DNA of 32,000 nt from Desulfobulbus propionicus DSM 2032 (GCF_000186885.1 NC_014972.1:3570001-3602000); one strand, 5' to 3'; positions 1 to 14,211 are shown, numbered from the stretch's first letter. Translations and numbers: made by a program. The notes: generated from the letters alone by a model not told the origin.

Positions 1-121
1 TTTGCTGTTCTTCGGAGGTTACGGTTTCCTGGTCATTGGCCAGCGCCGGAACGGCCATCCACGGCATCAGAGCCAGGGCAAAGAGTAACTGGCTCGGTTG
101 CAGTCTTATTCTTGATTGCAT
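1..121 (-). CDS. N-terminal fragment of a secreted protein (truncated by window edge)
   Basis: Reverse complement of 1..121 reads MQSRIRLQPSQLLFALALMPWMAVPALANDQETVTSEEQQ, a signal-peptide-like start with a GGAG ribosome-binding site just upstream, 35 bp after the stop of the TonB receptor gene. Confidence 0.55.
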   Translation of the reverse strand, partial: MQSRIRLQPSQLLFALALMPWMAVPALANDQETVTSEEQQ

Positions 122-156
122 GGGTGTCTCCTTTTTGCTGTTTCTTTAGTTCAATC

Positions 157-2259
157 TCAAAACTTATAGGAATAACTGAGAAAAAAGGACTGACCAGGTT
201 TGGGGTAACCCTTTTTCTCGTAGTAGTCCTCGTCAAAGAGGTTATCGATGGTCAGCGCCACCCGGTGGTGCTCCAGAAAATTGTAGCCCACCACAAAATC
301 GATCACGGTAAAGGAAGGGTATTCGATCTCCGGGTAACCGGCGGTAACCCAGTCGGTGTCACGCATCGGTCCAACGGTACGAAAATGGAGACGGCTGTCG
401 ATGGTGCCATCATCGTATTCCACCCCATAGTTATAGGTGTAGTCGGCGACATTGTAGATATCGCGATTGGTGCCGGCAGTGACCTCCTCTTCCGCCGAAA
501 AGATGGTGGTATTGTTGACGTAGAACTTGAGGCTGCGGTTCCAGTGCAGGGGTACGCCGAGATCAAAACTCAAGGTTGATTCCAGCCCCTGAATATCGGC
601 ACCCAGTGCGTTGATATAGGTTTTGACGTTACCGCTCTGGGTGGTGGTGATGCGATCATCGACCGTGGTGTCGAAATAGGTGACATCCAATGCCACACCC
701 CAGGCAGGGAGTTCATAGCCGACACCCGCGTCCCAGGTGGTCGAGGTTTCGGGATCAAGTCCGCTGTTGCCTTGGGTGATCATGGTGACGCCGCCGACCA
801 TGGTTTCGGAATAACCGGCCAGTTCAAAAGCGCTGGGCGGGACAAAGGCTTGGCCGATGGTGGAATGCAGTCGAATACCGGAATCAAAGAGGTAGTTGGC
901 GCCGACCCGGGGACTGAAGGTGGAAAAATCCTCGGTCGTGGGATCAAAGCCGCTCATGTAGGGGGTGGACAGGGTTTCAACCTCAAAGGTGTCATAACGT
1001 CCGCCGCCGGTGAGGGTCAGGCGTTTATCATTGAACTTCCACACCGATTCGAGATAACCGGCCAAGTTGGTGCGGCCTTCATCGGGGGAAGAGGGCGCCT
1101 TGCGGCTGCCGCTGGTGGTGTAACTGCGCGAGAGTTTTTCGATGTACTGGTAATCGAATCCAGCAATAAACTTGTGATCGCCCCAGGTGTAGGTATCCTG
1201 CAACTGCCACCCATCCCAGGTGGTGTCGGAATCATAGCTCCGATAGGTGGGAACGGTTTTGCTACCGGAATAGTTCGAGTAATTTTCAGCCTCTTCCTCG
1301 GTATGGTAGACGGTGGCCCCGACCTCATTATTGGCGCCCAGTCCGCCACCGACCCGCAGATCGACACCGTTATTGTCGATATCCTTGCTGCCGCTGCGCA
1401 CATCGCCGTAGGCCACGTCACCGGGGGTTTCAATGTCACGGCCCTGGTACATATTGGCGGAAAAATCCGCTCGCCAGTCATCGGCAAAATTGCCGCCAAT
1501 GCGCACTGAACCGTTGCGGGTGCTGTAGGCGGTGCTGGCGCGTTCATCACCATTGTCCCCGGTTTTCAGATTATCGGCCTGCTCGTACCGGCCAGCAGCC
1601 ACATTAAAATCCAGCTTGTCGGCAATAATGGCCCCACCGGTATTCAGTTTCTCGAAATTGGTATCAAAGCTGCCAAATCCGGCCTCTACCTCACCGGCAA
1701 TGCCCTTAGTATTTTTCTTGGTGATCACATTGACCACGCCTCCCATAGCCTCGGCACCGTACAACGAGGAGGCGGGTCCTTTAAGGACCTCAATGCGTTC
1801 GACGTTATCGGTGAGCACGGTGGCCAGGTTGGTGGCACCAATGGGGCGGCCGTCGAGAAGAATCAAGCTGTGTTTGGTGATACCGGAAAACTCGGGCCGG
1901 AAGCCGCGGATGCCGATACCTGCCAAGGCTCCCGGATACTCGATCACACTGACCGAACTCGATTTTTTCAGCTGTTCGGTGATCATGGTGGCTGCGGTCA
2001 TCTCGATGTCGTGGCTGTCGATGACCTCGATCTTGGTGGGAATCTCGAGGATGTTCTCCTCACTTTTGGTTGCCGTGACCACCATTTCTTCGGCTTTTTG
2101 CTTGATTGCCACGTCATCTTGCTTCTCCTGCTCAATCTGGACGGATTTCTTCTTGGCCGCCTCGATGGCGGGTTGATCCTGGGCCATGATCGGTTGTGCC
2201 GTACACAGCACCAGGGCCAGTACAAGCCGATCAAATCGTTTCACTCCTTTTGGTTGCAT
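157..2259 (-). CDS. TonB-dependent outer-membrane receptor, probably for cobalamin/corrinoid
   Basis: 700 aa; signal peptide; plug motifs (EEMVVTATKSEENILEIPTKIEVID, ITKHSLILLDGRPIG, VERIEVLKGPASSLYGAEAMGGVVNVITKK); C-terminal barrel ending LTIDNLFDEDYYEKKGY...FFLSYSYKF; lies downstream of a cobalamin riboswitch. Confidence 0.93.
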   Translation of the reverse strand: MQPKGVKRFDRLVLALVLCTAQPIMAQDQPAIEAAKKKSVQIEQEKQDDVAIKQKAEEMVVTATKSEENILEIPTKIEVIDSHDIEMTAATMITEQLKKSSSVSVIEYPGALAGIGIRGFRPEFSGITKHSLILLDGRPIGATNLATVLTDNVERIEVLKGPASSLYGAEAMGGVVNVITKKNTKGIAGEVEAGFGSFDTNFEKLNTGGAIIADKLDFNVAAGRYEQADNLKTGDNGDERASTAYSTRNGSVRIGGNFADDWRADFSANMYQGRDIETPGDVAYGDVRSGSKDIDNNGVDLRVGGGLGANNEVGATVYHTEEEAENYSNYSGSKTVPTYRSYDSDTTWDGWQLQDTYTWGDHKFIAGFDYQYIEKLSRSYTTSGSRKAPSSPDEGRTNLAGYLESVWKFNDKRLTLTGGGRYDTFEVETLSTPYMSGFDPTTEDFSTFSPRVGANYLFDSGIRLHSTIGQAFVPPSAFELAGYSETMVGGVTMITQGNSGLDPETSTTWDAGVGYELPAWGVALDVTYFDTTVDDRITTTQSGNVKTYINALGADIQGLESTLSFDLGVPLHWNRSLKFYVNNTTIFSAEEEVTAGTNRDIYNVADYTYNYGVEYDDGTIDSRLHFRTVGPMRDTDWVTAGYPEIEYPSFTVIDFVVGYNFLEHHRVALTIDNLFDEDYYEKKGYPKPGQSFFLSYSYKF

Positions 2260-2385
2260 CCTTTGCTCTCCTGTGATGGTTGGTTATTTCTCGTGAACAC
2301 AGAGGCAAAGCGGCACCCTCCTGAGCAAGGAAGCAATTTCCTTGCGATGCGCATCCCTGTATCCTCGACAGTCGTGGCACAATTG

Positions 2386-2569
2386 GCATGGTCGGCAGGT
2401 CTTCTGACTCTCCTCCCCCAACCGAACCCTTCCCATGCGGTATGCACAGTGGCGTTCTCTCGGTGGGGCGCCCTGATTTTCGGTCAAGGCGGGGATAACA
2501 GCGGCGGGACCGTTCCCGATTTGCACGGGATTCCCTTTTACCGTCCGCAACTTCGGACGACCGACATGC
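2386..2569 (-). promoter_or_regulatory. Cobalamin riboswitch 1
   Basis: Minus strand contains GGGAATCCCGTGCAAATCGGGAACGGTCCCGCCGCTGT and AGTCAGAAGACCTGCC, with closing P1 arms GCATGTCGG/CCGACCATGC. Confidence 0.93.
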
Positions 2570-2584
2570 ACATTGATCATTCTG

Positions 2585-3808
2585 TTACGGCATGGTTGTT
2601 TCCTCCTGATCACGCATGGTGCATGCAGGGGTGGCCCCGGCTGAGCCCAGCGTTTCCATACTCCGCCATTTTTCCGCAAACCCCAGGGCAAGTGCCCGGC
2701 AGGTGAGATGGAGAAAGGCCTGGTTATCGGTCTGCCGGCAGGTTGGCGCCAGGGTCTGGCGATAGTGGTCCAATCGGCAATAATCACCGCTGACGGCACA
2801 AGCCGTCTGCGCGGCATAGGCGGCCATGATCTCACTCCAGCAGGTCCTGGGCAGCACGCCCCAGGCAATTTTGTCGCGCAGATGCATCAGGGCGGCCACT
2901 GCGGCCACGGTGAGCGGATCATGTTCAAAGGCGAGGAAATTGGCGCGCAGCAGATCCGCCTGATCCTGATCCAGGAAGGCGCAGATTTCGTCGGCCAGCC
3001 CGGCGCGATTGATGCCGAAGCGTTCCAGATGGATCTTGAGCGAACATTGCCCGGCCGGGGTGAGGTTGTTCTGCCGGGCCAGGGTACCCTTGATCGCCTC
3101 AAAGACGGCACGTCCGATCAGTTCGCCGAGCTTGGCGTGCTTGCCGGCACTGGTCAGGAGCGGTCCATTACCCTCCATGGCCGCCACCGCAATCTGATCG
3201 GTGCCAGTGCCGGTGGCCAGGCCATCGGAGTAGCGGGAGTTGACCGCCAGTTCCTGGAGCACTGCGGTTTTGGCCTCGGTGGCGGTCATGATGCAGCGGG
3301 TCAGGGCACCGGGGATGAGCGGCTGGCTGATAAAGAGCAGGGTGTTAATGGTGCCGGGGCCAGGGATGGTTTCCGCCGGCGGCAATCGTTCAAAACCCTC
3401 CGCAGTTTCCACCACTGAAGCCGGGTCACCGACCCTCCCGGCATTGCCCTCGACGCCGCCGGTACAGACAGCCGCCACGGTGAGATCGCGAAACTGCTGC
3501 ACCGCGATGCAGGCATGGTGCATGTTGGCCGCTGTACCCAAGGTGGCGCAGGCCTCGGCCTCCAGGTTGTGCCGCTCGCAGATGGAACGGCGGTAGGCCA
3601 GAGGATCACGATAGGCCATGGAAGGCAGACGATGGCAGTGCCCGGCCGGTTCACAACTCTGGTGGTTGTAGAGGCAGGTCAGATCGGTACGCAATCCCCC
3701 TGCCACCCGGCAGGTGGAGAGCACGCTGTGCGGCTTGAGGAAGCGGGCATAGATGATCTTTTCTTCGCGGTGGAGTTCCACGCCGTTGTAGAAGGTGTCG
3801 ATGAGCAT
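2585..3808 (-). CDS. cbiZ: CbiZ-type adenosylcobinamide amidohydrolase (predicted cytoplasmic) with C-terminal extension
   Basis: 407 aa; CbiZ-like stretches TINTLLFISQPLIPGALTRCIMTATEAKTAVLQELAVNSRYSDGLATGTGTDQIAVA and GKHAKLGELIGRAVFEAI; matches the CbiZ domain encoded at 24057..26099; no signal peptide. Confidence 0.85.
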   Translation of the reverse strand: MLIDTFYNGVELHREEKIIYARFLKPHSVLSTCRVAGGLRTDLTCLYNHQSCEPAGHCHRLPSMAYRDPLAYRRSICERHNLEAEACATLGTAANMHHACIAVQQFRDLTVAAVCTGGVEGNAGRVGDPASVVETAEGFERLPPAETIPGPGTINTLLFISQPLIPGALTRCIMTATEAKTAVLQELAVNSRYSDGLATGTGTDQIAVAAMEGNGPLLTSAGKHAKLGELIGRAVFEAIKGTLARQNNLTPAGQCSLKIHLERFGINRAGLADEICAFLDQDQADLLRANFLAFEHDPLTVAAVAALMHLRDKIAWGVLPRTCWSEIMAAYAAQTACAVSGDYCRLDHYRQTLAPTCRQTDNQAFLHLTCRALALGFAEKWRSMETLGSAGATPACTMRDQEETTMP

Positions 3809-3917
3809 GTTGGTCGGTTGTTTCGTCTGTGGGTTGATAGTCTGTTGGGTTTTATGCGGAAGGGTTCGGCTGCCTGAAAAGATACAGACTCAACAGCTCT
3901 CAGCTCTCCACCTCTCC

Positions 3918-4652
3918 TCAATCCCTGGCCCGATTGACCGAGTGCAGGGCCAGCCAGAAAAAAAACAGGCCGATGACCAGCAGTACCAGATAATCAAAAC
4001 CTTCCGCCGGCTGGCCGAGGCTGGTGGCACGGATGGCGTGTGAGGCATGGGTCAAGGGCAGAAAGGAAAGCAAGGCCTGGGCCCAGACCGGCAGCTTTTC
4101 CACCGGGAAAAAGGTGCCGCCCAGAAAGGCCATGGGGGTGATGATAAAGCTGGTGAGCAGGCTCTGGTCGGCATGCGACTTGACCAGCATGGCCATGGCC
4201 ACCGCCAGGGAGGCGAACACGAAGCAGTTGAGCGCGACCGCCAGCCAGAACAGCAGCCCATAGTGAAGCACTACGCCAAAGGGCAGACTGAGCAGCAAAA
4301 TCACCGCCACACCCAGGAGCGCCCGGGTCATACCGGCCAGGGTCTCACCGGCCACATAGGCCAGATTGCTGATCGGTGCAGCCTGGAACTCCTCGAAGAT
4401 GTTCCAGTAAAAACGGGCCACATTGATGTCGGTGGCAATAGCAAAGGCCTGGGTCATGCTCGCCATGGCCACCAGGCCAGGGATAAGAAAATGAAGGTAG
4501 GACTGCTCGCCGAAACGAATCAAATCGCCCATGGCATAGCCAAAGGTGATCAGATACAGCAGCGGCGACACCGCCATCCCGGCCAATTGGCGCTTGAAAC
4601 GGTACTTGAGAATCAACATCTCCCGCAGATAGACCGCGACGAACCCGTTCAT
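3918..4652 (-). CDS. ABC-2 type transporter permease
   Basis: 244 aa hydrophobic protein (VAVYLREMLILKYRFKRQLAGMAVSPLLYLITFGYAMG; SFIITPMAFLGGTFFPVEKLP); 4-bp overlap with upstream ATPase gene. Confidence 0.85.
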   Translation of the reverse strand: MNGFVAVYLREMLILKYRFKRQLAGMAVSPLLYLITFGYAMGDLIRFGEQSYLHFLIPGLVAMASMTQAFAIATDINVARFYWNIFEEFQAAPISNLAYVAGETLAGMTRALLGVAVILLLSLPFGVVLHYGLLFWLAVALNCFVFASLAVAMAMLVKSHADQSLLTSFIITPMAFLGGTFFPVEKLPVWAQALLSFLPLTHASHAIRATSLGQPAEGFDYLVLLVIGLFFFWLALHSVNRARD

Positions 4653-5488
4653 GACACCACCTTCTTGCCGGTGAGGCTTAAGAAGGCATCCTCAAGATTG
4701 ACCCGCCGCAGGGTAAAGCCGCAGTCCTGGGCAGCGGTAAATGCGGCGGCCTGGTCACGGTCGGCAAAGTAGAGGGTCTGCATCCCTTCTCCGTTCATCT
4801 GATCCACGGCCCAGTGGCCCAGGCGGGCCATCAAGTGTTGGGGGTTATCCAGGGCAACGATCCTGCCCTGGTCGAGAAAGGCCACCCGACCGGCGAGGAA
4901 TTCCGCCTCCTCGATGTAATGGGTGGTGAGAAAGATGGTGGCCCCATCCTGCTGCACCCGCTTGATCAGCGCCCAGATGCGGCGGCGAATCCCCGGATCC
5001 AGGCCAACGGTGGGTTCGTCCAGAAAGAGGATCTTTGGTTCGTGCATCAGCGCCCGGGCGATCATCAACCGCCGCTTGAGCCCGCCGGAGAGCTGTTTGA
5101 CCAGCGAATCCGCCCGGTCGAGCAGCTCGACATAGCTCAGCAACTCCTCGATCTTCTGCCGGCGGCGGCGTGCATCCATGGCAAAGAGCCGGCCGTGAAG
5201 GTCGAGGTTCTCGCGCACGCTCAACTCGCTGTCCAGGTTGATATGCTGGGTGACCAGCCCGCACTGCCGCTTGGCAGCCTGTGCGTCGGTGACAATGTCG
5301 TGACCGCCCAGGGTCACCCGCCCGCAGCCGATACGGGTCAGACCGGTGAGGATGCGGATGGTGGTGGTTTTGCCGGCACCGTTGGGACCGAGAAAAGCAA
5401 ACAGCTCGCCCGCGTCCACCGAGAGATCGATGCCGTCCACGGCCTTGACCTTGCCGTAGAATTTCTGCAGTTGGTTGATGTGGATCAT
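4649..5488 (-). CDS. ABC transporter ATP-binding protein (DrrA/NodI/CcmA-like)
   Basis: 279 aa; Walker [11 protein letters not shown], signature LSGGLKRRL, Walker B ILFLDEPTVGLDP, switch histidine TTHY. Confidence 0.92.
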   Translation of the reverse strand: MIHINQLQKFYGKVKAVDGIDLSVDAGELFAFLGPNGAGKTTTIRILTGLTRIGCGRVTLGGHDIVTDAQAAKRQCGLVTQHINLDSELSVRENLDLHGRLFAMDARRRRQKIEELLSYVELLDRADSLVKQLSGGLKRRLMIARALMHEPKILFLDEPTVGLDPGIRRRIWALIKRVQQDGATIFLTTHYIEEAEFLAGRVAFLDQGRIVALDNPQHLMARLGHWAVDQMNGEGMQTLYFADRDQAAAFTAAQDCGFTLRRVNLEDAFLSLTGKKVVS

Positions 5489-5526
5489 GAGTGTTTATGG
5501 GGTTTGTACGTTTTCTTGGAGAAAAG

Positions 5527-5623
5527 GAGATCCCTCACCTGCGTTCGGGATGACATCCGGGAGTTGACCAAGCTGTCTAATGGCCGCGCTTCCTCTGTCA
5601 TGTCGAGCGCAGCGAGAAATCTC
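5527..5623. repeat. Imperfect inverted-repeat element (dispersed intergenic repeat-like)
   Basis: Left arm GAGATCCCTCACCTGCGTTCGGGATGACA (5527-5555) and right arm TGTCATGTCGAGCGCAGCGAGAAATCTC (5596-5623) are imperfect reverse complements; a right-arm-like copy occurs at 30136. Confidence 0.6.
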
Positions 5624-5637
5624 CCCGTTCAAAGCCA

Positions 5638-6678
5638 TCACTGCCCGGCCAGTGCCCGTTTACGCAGGGCCTGGACATTATCGGCGATCTCCATCAGCGG
5701 TTGCCGCCGTACCCGGTGCGGCAGGACCAGTTCGGCGCTGGCGCTGATGTCTGCCGATTCGACCTTGGTACGGCCGTCCAGGGCCGCCAGGGTCTTGGCG
5801 GTCTTGAGCATGATGATGTCGCCGCGATGCCCGTCCACCCCAACTTCCAGGCAGGTTTGCGCGATTTCGAACAGCAGCGGCCGCTGCACCTCAACCTGCG
5901 GGTAGAGGGCGCGGGCGATGAGCAAGCGGTCGGCCAGGGCCTCGGACTCGGCGATCCAGCGGGCGGCAAAGCCCTCCGGATCGAGATCAAAGGCAGCCCG
6001 CCGCTCCATGATCGTCACCCGGTCTTCCGCCCGGTGAATCCCCTCAATGTTAACGCAGAGACCGAAGCGGTCGAGCAACTGCGGCCGCAGCTCTCCTTCT
6101 TCCGGGTTCATGGTCCCCACCAGGGTGAAACGGGCCGGATGGGAAAAGGAGACCCCCTCACGCTCGATGGTGTTGACGCCCATGGCAGCGGAATCGAGCA
6201 GCACATCCACCACATGGTCATCGAGCAAGTTGACCTCATCGACATAGAGGATGTTGCGGTGTGCCTGGGCGAGGATGCCGGGCTCGATCCGTTTTTCCCC
6301 TTTTTTCAGGGCATGTTCGAGATCAAGGGTGCCCACCACCCGGTCCTCGGTGGCGCCCACAGGCAGCTCCACCACCCGCACCTTGCGCTTGCTCACCTCA
6401 GGGCAGGCCTCGGGAGGATGGCCTTGGGTGAGCAGACGGATCTCGGTAAACACATCCAACTCCGACTCGGGGTCGAGTTGGAACGGATCCTCGCTGAACA
6501 CTGCAATCTCGGGGAGGATGTCAGCCAGGGCACGGACCGCCGTCGACTTGGCCGTGCCCTTCTCACCGCGGATGAGCACCCCGGAGAGACCTGGATTGAC
6601 CACATTGAGCATCAGGGCCAGTTTCATTTTTTCCTGACCAACAATGGCGGTGAAGGGATAGATGGGTCGGTTGTTCAT
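5638..6678 (-). CDS. chlI: AAA+ magnesium/cobalt chelatase subunit I-like protein (ChlI/BchI family)
   Basis: 346 aa; [58 protein letters not shown]; [21 protein letters not shown]; [23 protein letters not shown]. Confidence 0.93.
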   Translation of the reverse strand: MNNRPIYPFTAIVGQEKMKLALMLNVVNPGLSGVLIRGEKGTAKSTAVRALADILPEIAVFSEDPFQLDPESELDVFTEIRLLTQGHPPEACPEVSKRKVRVVELPVGATEDRVVGTLDLEHALKKGEKRIEPGILAQAHRNILYVDEVNLLDDHVVDVLLDSAAMGVNTIEREGVSFSHPARFTLVGTMNPEEGELRPQLLDRFGLCVNIEGIHRAEDRVTIMERRAAFDLDPEGFAARWIAESEALADRLLIARALYPQVEVQRPLLFEIAQTCLEVGVDGHRGDIIMLKTAKTLAALDGRTKVESADISASAELVLPHRVRRQPLMEIADNVQALRKRALAGQ

Positions 6679-8708
6679 GGGTGTTGTCCTCGCACGATGT
6701 TGACCAAGGCTTCAGCCTTGAGGTCATCGATTTTAAAGTATTGGGCCTCCATGGCCCCGGCCAGCCGCCGGGCCAAACCGAAGGTGACCAGACCGGCCTC
6801 CTCGGTATCGACGACGATGGAGCGGATGCGCTGGTCACGGCCCAGGGCCTCAGCCAGGCGCAGTGACTCCTCCACCGGCTTCTGCTCCCCCAGGGAGACG
6901 TTGCACTTGCCGTCGGTGATAAAGAGCACAATGGGTTGGGCGGTGGGGTTCTTGATCAGGTAGTTGCGCACCTGCTCAAAACTCTTGGCCAGTCCGGCGG
7001 AAAGCGGGGTGCGCCCACCCACCGGCATCTCGGCAAGCAGCCGGCCGGCCATATCCACCGAGGTGGTGGGCGGCAGGTTGATGAAGGCCGCATCGCGGCG
7101 GAAGGTGATCATCGAGACCTTGTCGCGCTTCTGGTAGGCATCAAGCAGCAGCGACATCACCGCACCCTTAGAGGCGGCCATCCGCCCCCGCGCCCCCATG
7201 GAACCGCTGGCATCGACCACGAAGAGGAGAAAGTTGCCGATACGTTTCTCGCGCACCTTGGAGCGGATATCCTGGGGCCTGAGCTGCACCGCCAAGTCGC
7301 TGCCGTTTTTCCCTGCCCGCTGCTGCTGATACGGGGCAGCGGCGCGCAGGGTGGCATCGAGGGCAAAGTCGCCGTTATTGTGCAGGGTGCTCTTGACGTA
7401 TCGCCCCTGCTTCTGCGAGATACGGCTGCGCGTGCGTCGGCCCGAGCCCCGGCGCACCACCCGGTCCTTGGCGGCAGCAAGCGGTTTGACTTGAAAGGTG
7501 GAGCCGATGGCAAAGACCTGGTCCTCGCGTTCTGCGGCTGCCTGGCCCTGTATTTCCTCCTCGGCCTGTTCCTCGGATTGCGATTCCTCCTGGCTCTGCT
7601 CCTGCGGTTGGGGTGGAGGCGGTGCCGTCTGGCTTTGAGGATTCTCCTGGGGTTGTTGCTGTTCCTGCTGCTCGCTCTGTTCTTCCTGCTCCTGTTGGTC
7701 GGTTTCCTCGGGCAAAGGGGGTTCCGGTGGGGGCGGAGGGGGTGGGGGCTGGGCATCCCGGCGGCGGTGCAGCAGCACCAACGGCGCCACCTTGCCGATA
7801 TGTTCCACACTGACCTCGGTCTTGCCCTCCAGGGCGGCCAGGGCTCGCGCCGCCTGCTCCAGCACCAGGTCGGCCCGGTGACCGGCAACATTATTTTCTT
7901 GGCAGAGAGCAGCGATGAAGCCGCGCAGTCCCTTGCTGAGTCGCACCCAGGGCAGCAGGGTCTGTCCCTGGATGATACGGTGCGCCAGTTGCTCGTTCTC
8001 CTCGCGGTAGCGGCGAACAAAGCCGGCCGGATCCTGATCAAAGGCCTCGCGCCGCTCCATCAGTTCGACCCGCAACTCAGGCTCCTCGGCCCCGGTCACC
8101 TCCAGACAGAGGCCGAAGCGGTCGAGCAGTTGCGGCCGCAACTCGCCTTCTTCCGGATTCATGGTGCCCACGAGGATAAAGCGCGACGGATGGCGGTAGG
8201 AGATGCCCTCGCGCTCGATACGGTTCTCCCCGCTGGCCGAGGCATCGAGAATCAGATCGACGATGTGATCATCAAGCAAGTTGACCTCGTCGATGTAGAG
8301 CAGGCCGCGGTGGGCCTCGGCGAGCAGGCCAGGGGAGACCACCACCCGCCCCTCGCGCAGGGTACGGGGGAAATCAATGCCACCGCTGACCCGATCTTCG
8401 GTGGCATTGAGCGGCAGATCCACCAAGGGTACCGGCCGGGTGGCACGGGGCAGATCCGGAAAGCGCCGCTCGCATTCCGGGCAACGTGGGCTTGAGGGCG
8501 CGGGCGAACAGCTGTTGACGCAACCCGCCACCACCTCCATCTCCGGTAGCAAGGCTGCCAGGGCCCGCACCATGGTCGACTTGGCCGTGCCCTTTTCGCC
8601 GCGCACCAGCAGGCCGCCAACGCCGGGATTGATGGCCGCCAGCAGCAGCGCCTGCTTGAAGCTGTCCTGGCCGACCACCGCCGCCAGGGGATAGATCGCT
8701 TTTCTCAT
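6675..8708 (-). CDS. chlD: Magnesium/cobalt chelatase subunit D-like protein (ChlD family; AAA+ domain, Pro/Glu/Gln linker, VWA domain)
   Basis: Start reassigned inside the 6675..8972 ORF to [29 protein letters not shown] (677 aa); GEKGTAKST Walker A; Pro/Glu/Gln-rich linker; [17 protein letters not shown]; 4-bp overlap with chlI-like gene. Confidence 0.92.
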   Translation of the reverse strand: MRKAIYPLAAVVGQDSFKQALLLAAINPGVGGLLVRGEKGTAKSTMVRALAALLPEMEVVAGCVNSCSPAPSSPRCPECERRFPDLPRATRPVPLVDLPLNATEDRVSGGIDFPRTLREGRVVVSPGLLAEAHRGLLYIDEVNLLDDHIVDLILDASASGENRIEREGISYRHPSRFILVGTMNPEEGELRPQLLDRFGLCLEVTGAEEPELRVELMERREAFDQDPAGFVRRYREENEQLAHRIIQGQTLLPWVRLSKGLRGFIAALCQENNVAGHRADLVLEQAARALAALEGKTEVSVEHIGKVAPLVLLHRRRDAQPPPPPPPPEPPLPEETDQQEQEEQSEQQEQQQPQENPQSQTAPPPPQPQEQSQEESQSEEQAEEEIQGQAAAEREDQVFAIGSTFQVKPLAAAKDRVVRRGSGRRTRSRISQKQGRYVKSTLHNNGDFALDATLRAAAPYQQQRAGKNGSDLAVQLRPQDIRSKVREKRIGNFLLFVVDASGSMGARGRMAASKGAVMSLLLDAYQKRDKVSMITFRRDAAFINLPPTTSVDMAGRLLAEMPVGGRTPLSAGLAKSFEQVRNYLIKNPTAQPIVLFITDGKCNVSLGEQKPVEESLRLAEALGRDQRIRSIVVDTEEAGLVTFGLARRLAGAMEAQYFKIDDLKAEALVNIVRGQHP

Positions 8709-8719
8709 GCAATTCCCCA

Positions 8720-10431
8720 TCACATCCTCCAACTGACACCGGCCATCCAGGTCAGGGGCGGGCCGAGCAGGCCATCGGCGTAGTAGTAGGTGGTGTCGGC
8801 GAGGTTCTTGATCTCGGTGAACAGGGCGTATTGGCCCAGCCGGTATTCGGCGCGGAGATTGGCCAAGGCATAGTCGGGCACGGTAGTGGTGTTGGCGCGA
8901 TTGAGGAAGACCTCGGAGACGTACTTGGCGGAGAAGACCGTGGTCAGCCGCTCGCTCACCTGCCAGGTACAATCGAAGGTGGCGGTATGCTCGGCCTTGG
9001 CCGGGACGAACAGGCCACTCTCTTCGTCAATGGCCCGCATGTAGGTGTAGCCGGCCTTGAGGTTGAGGGGGGTGATCGGTTTCCAGTTGATCGCCACATC
9101 GCCGCCACGGTAGCTGACCTCGCCGAAATTCTCGTACTGGCCGATGCCATCATAACCGGTGACATAGGTGATGCGGTCGCTGAGCAGGTTGTAGAAGACC
9201 GAGGTCCGCAGGGTGAGTTGTTCGATCGGCGTCAGTGCCAGGGCCAGGCTGTAGTTGTCGGCGGTTTCCATGCCCAGGTCCGGATTGGGCCGGGTGGAGC
9301 TGGTGTGGTTATAGCGCTGATAAAATGAGGGAATATTGTTGCTGCCGCTGTAAGAGCCGGTCAGGCTCCAGCACGGTTGCTGGTAGAGCAGTTTCAGTTC
9401 CGGATTGAGCACATCGTCAAAGGCGGTGTTGGCATTGACGCGCAGGCCCCCGGACAGGGACCAGGGACTCTGCCCTTGATGGATGGTCTGGCTGGCAAAG
9501 AGGGAAAAAACCTCCTCGCTCTGATCAGCAAAGGTGGTGCCGTGGGCCTGGGCCAGGCGATAACCGGCGCCGTAGGCCAGTTCGCCCAACCCGCCGGTGG
9601 TGATGGATGCACTCAGATCCTCGCCCAGTTCGTTGACCCGCAAGCGTTGGTCCAGGGCTCGGCTGATATCGGTGTTGTGCTGCTCACCGCTATTGAAGAA
9701 GGTGGCGCTGGTATAGCCGTAGGCGCGGGCCTGGGCGGAGAGGATGGCAGTCTCGTTTTCCTTGCGCGATTGCGGGGTGGGGTAGTCCGGCAGGCCGGTC
9801 AGACCCCGCTCATCGTGGACAAAATCAGCGCCGAGATTGATGCCCCGCTCTTCATCCGCATTGTAGGCGAGCTTGAGCCCGGCCCGGTGGCGCAGGCTGT
9901 CGTCGTTGATCGTGTAGCCCTGGGTGGTTTCCACCTCGCCACCGGCCTCTGCCCCCCATTGGCCACGGCGAGCCTGGACATTGGCTCCGGCATACCCGGT
10001 ATCCTGGTTGCCGCCGTAGGTCTTGATCGATCCGCTGACGGCGCTGATCGCCCGGGTGGTGACAAGGATCACCCCGCCGCCCGCATCCTGGCCGTAGCGC
10101 ACCCCGCCCTTGCCGCGCAGGATCTCGATCCGCTCCACCTGGTCCGGGTCGACCATGGACCAGTTGATAGCCCCGTAGCTGGAGGTGGGATCGTTGATCG
10201 GCCGTCCGTCCACGAGCACCCGCACCTTGGAGGAACCGTGGATGCTCACCGAGGTGTCACCGGCACTCACCCCGGGCACATGGTTGAGCAGATCAGCCAT
10301 CTTGTTGGCCTTCAACTGCTTGATTTCCTCAGCCGTGAGGATGATGGCGCCTTCCTCCTCCTGGCCCGAGCCTGCACCCGGTGCCAAAAGCGTGCCCAGG
10401 CAGGTCAGCAGCGCGCAGGCCCAGGGCCGAA

Positions 10432-10444
<13 letters not shown>
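8720..10444 (-). CDS. TonB-dependent outer-membrane receptor (BtuB-like)
   Basis: 574 aa from MERIIRPWACALLTCLGTLLAPGAGSGQ; plug motifs MADLLNHVPGVSAGDTSVSIHGSSKVRVLVDGRPINDP and VERIEILRGKGGVRYGQDAGGGVILVTTR; ends LTWMAGVSWRM; overlaps the cobN 3' end by 13 bp. Confidence 0.9.

Positions 10445-14210
<3,766 letters not shown>

Positions 14211-14211
<1 letters not shown>

Noticed and set aside
2290-2310. GTGAACACAGAGGCAAAG as an inverted relative of CTGCGCCTCTGCGGGAGAACA near 30280
   Set aside because: Similarity is short and weak; not enough to claim a repeat family.
7560-7760. Glu/Gln/Pro-rich low-complexity segment in the chlD-like gene as a separate repeat element
   Set aside because: An acidic/proline-rich linker between the AAA+ and VWA domains is a normal feature of ChlD/BchD proteins.
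4047-8495. Plus-strand ORFs 4047..4772, 4814..5905, 5701..6963 and 6936..8495
   Set aside because: Antisense to ABC exporter, chlI and chlD-like genes; spurious composition such as runs of Leu from the linker-coding region.
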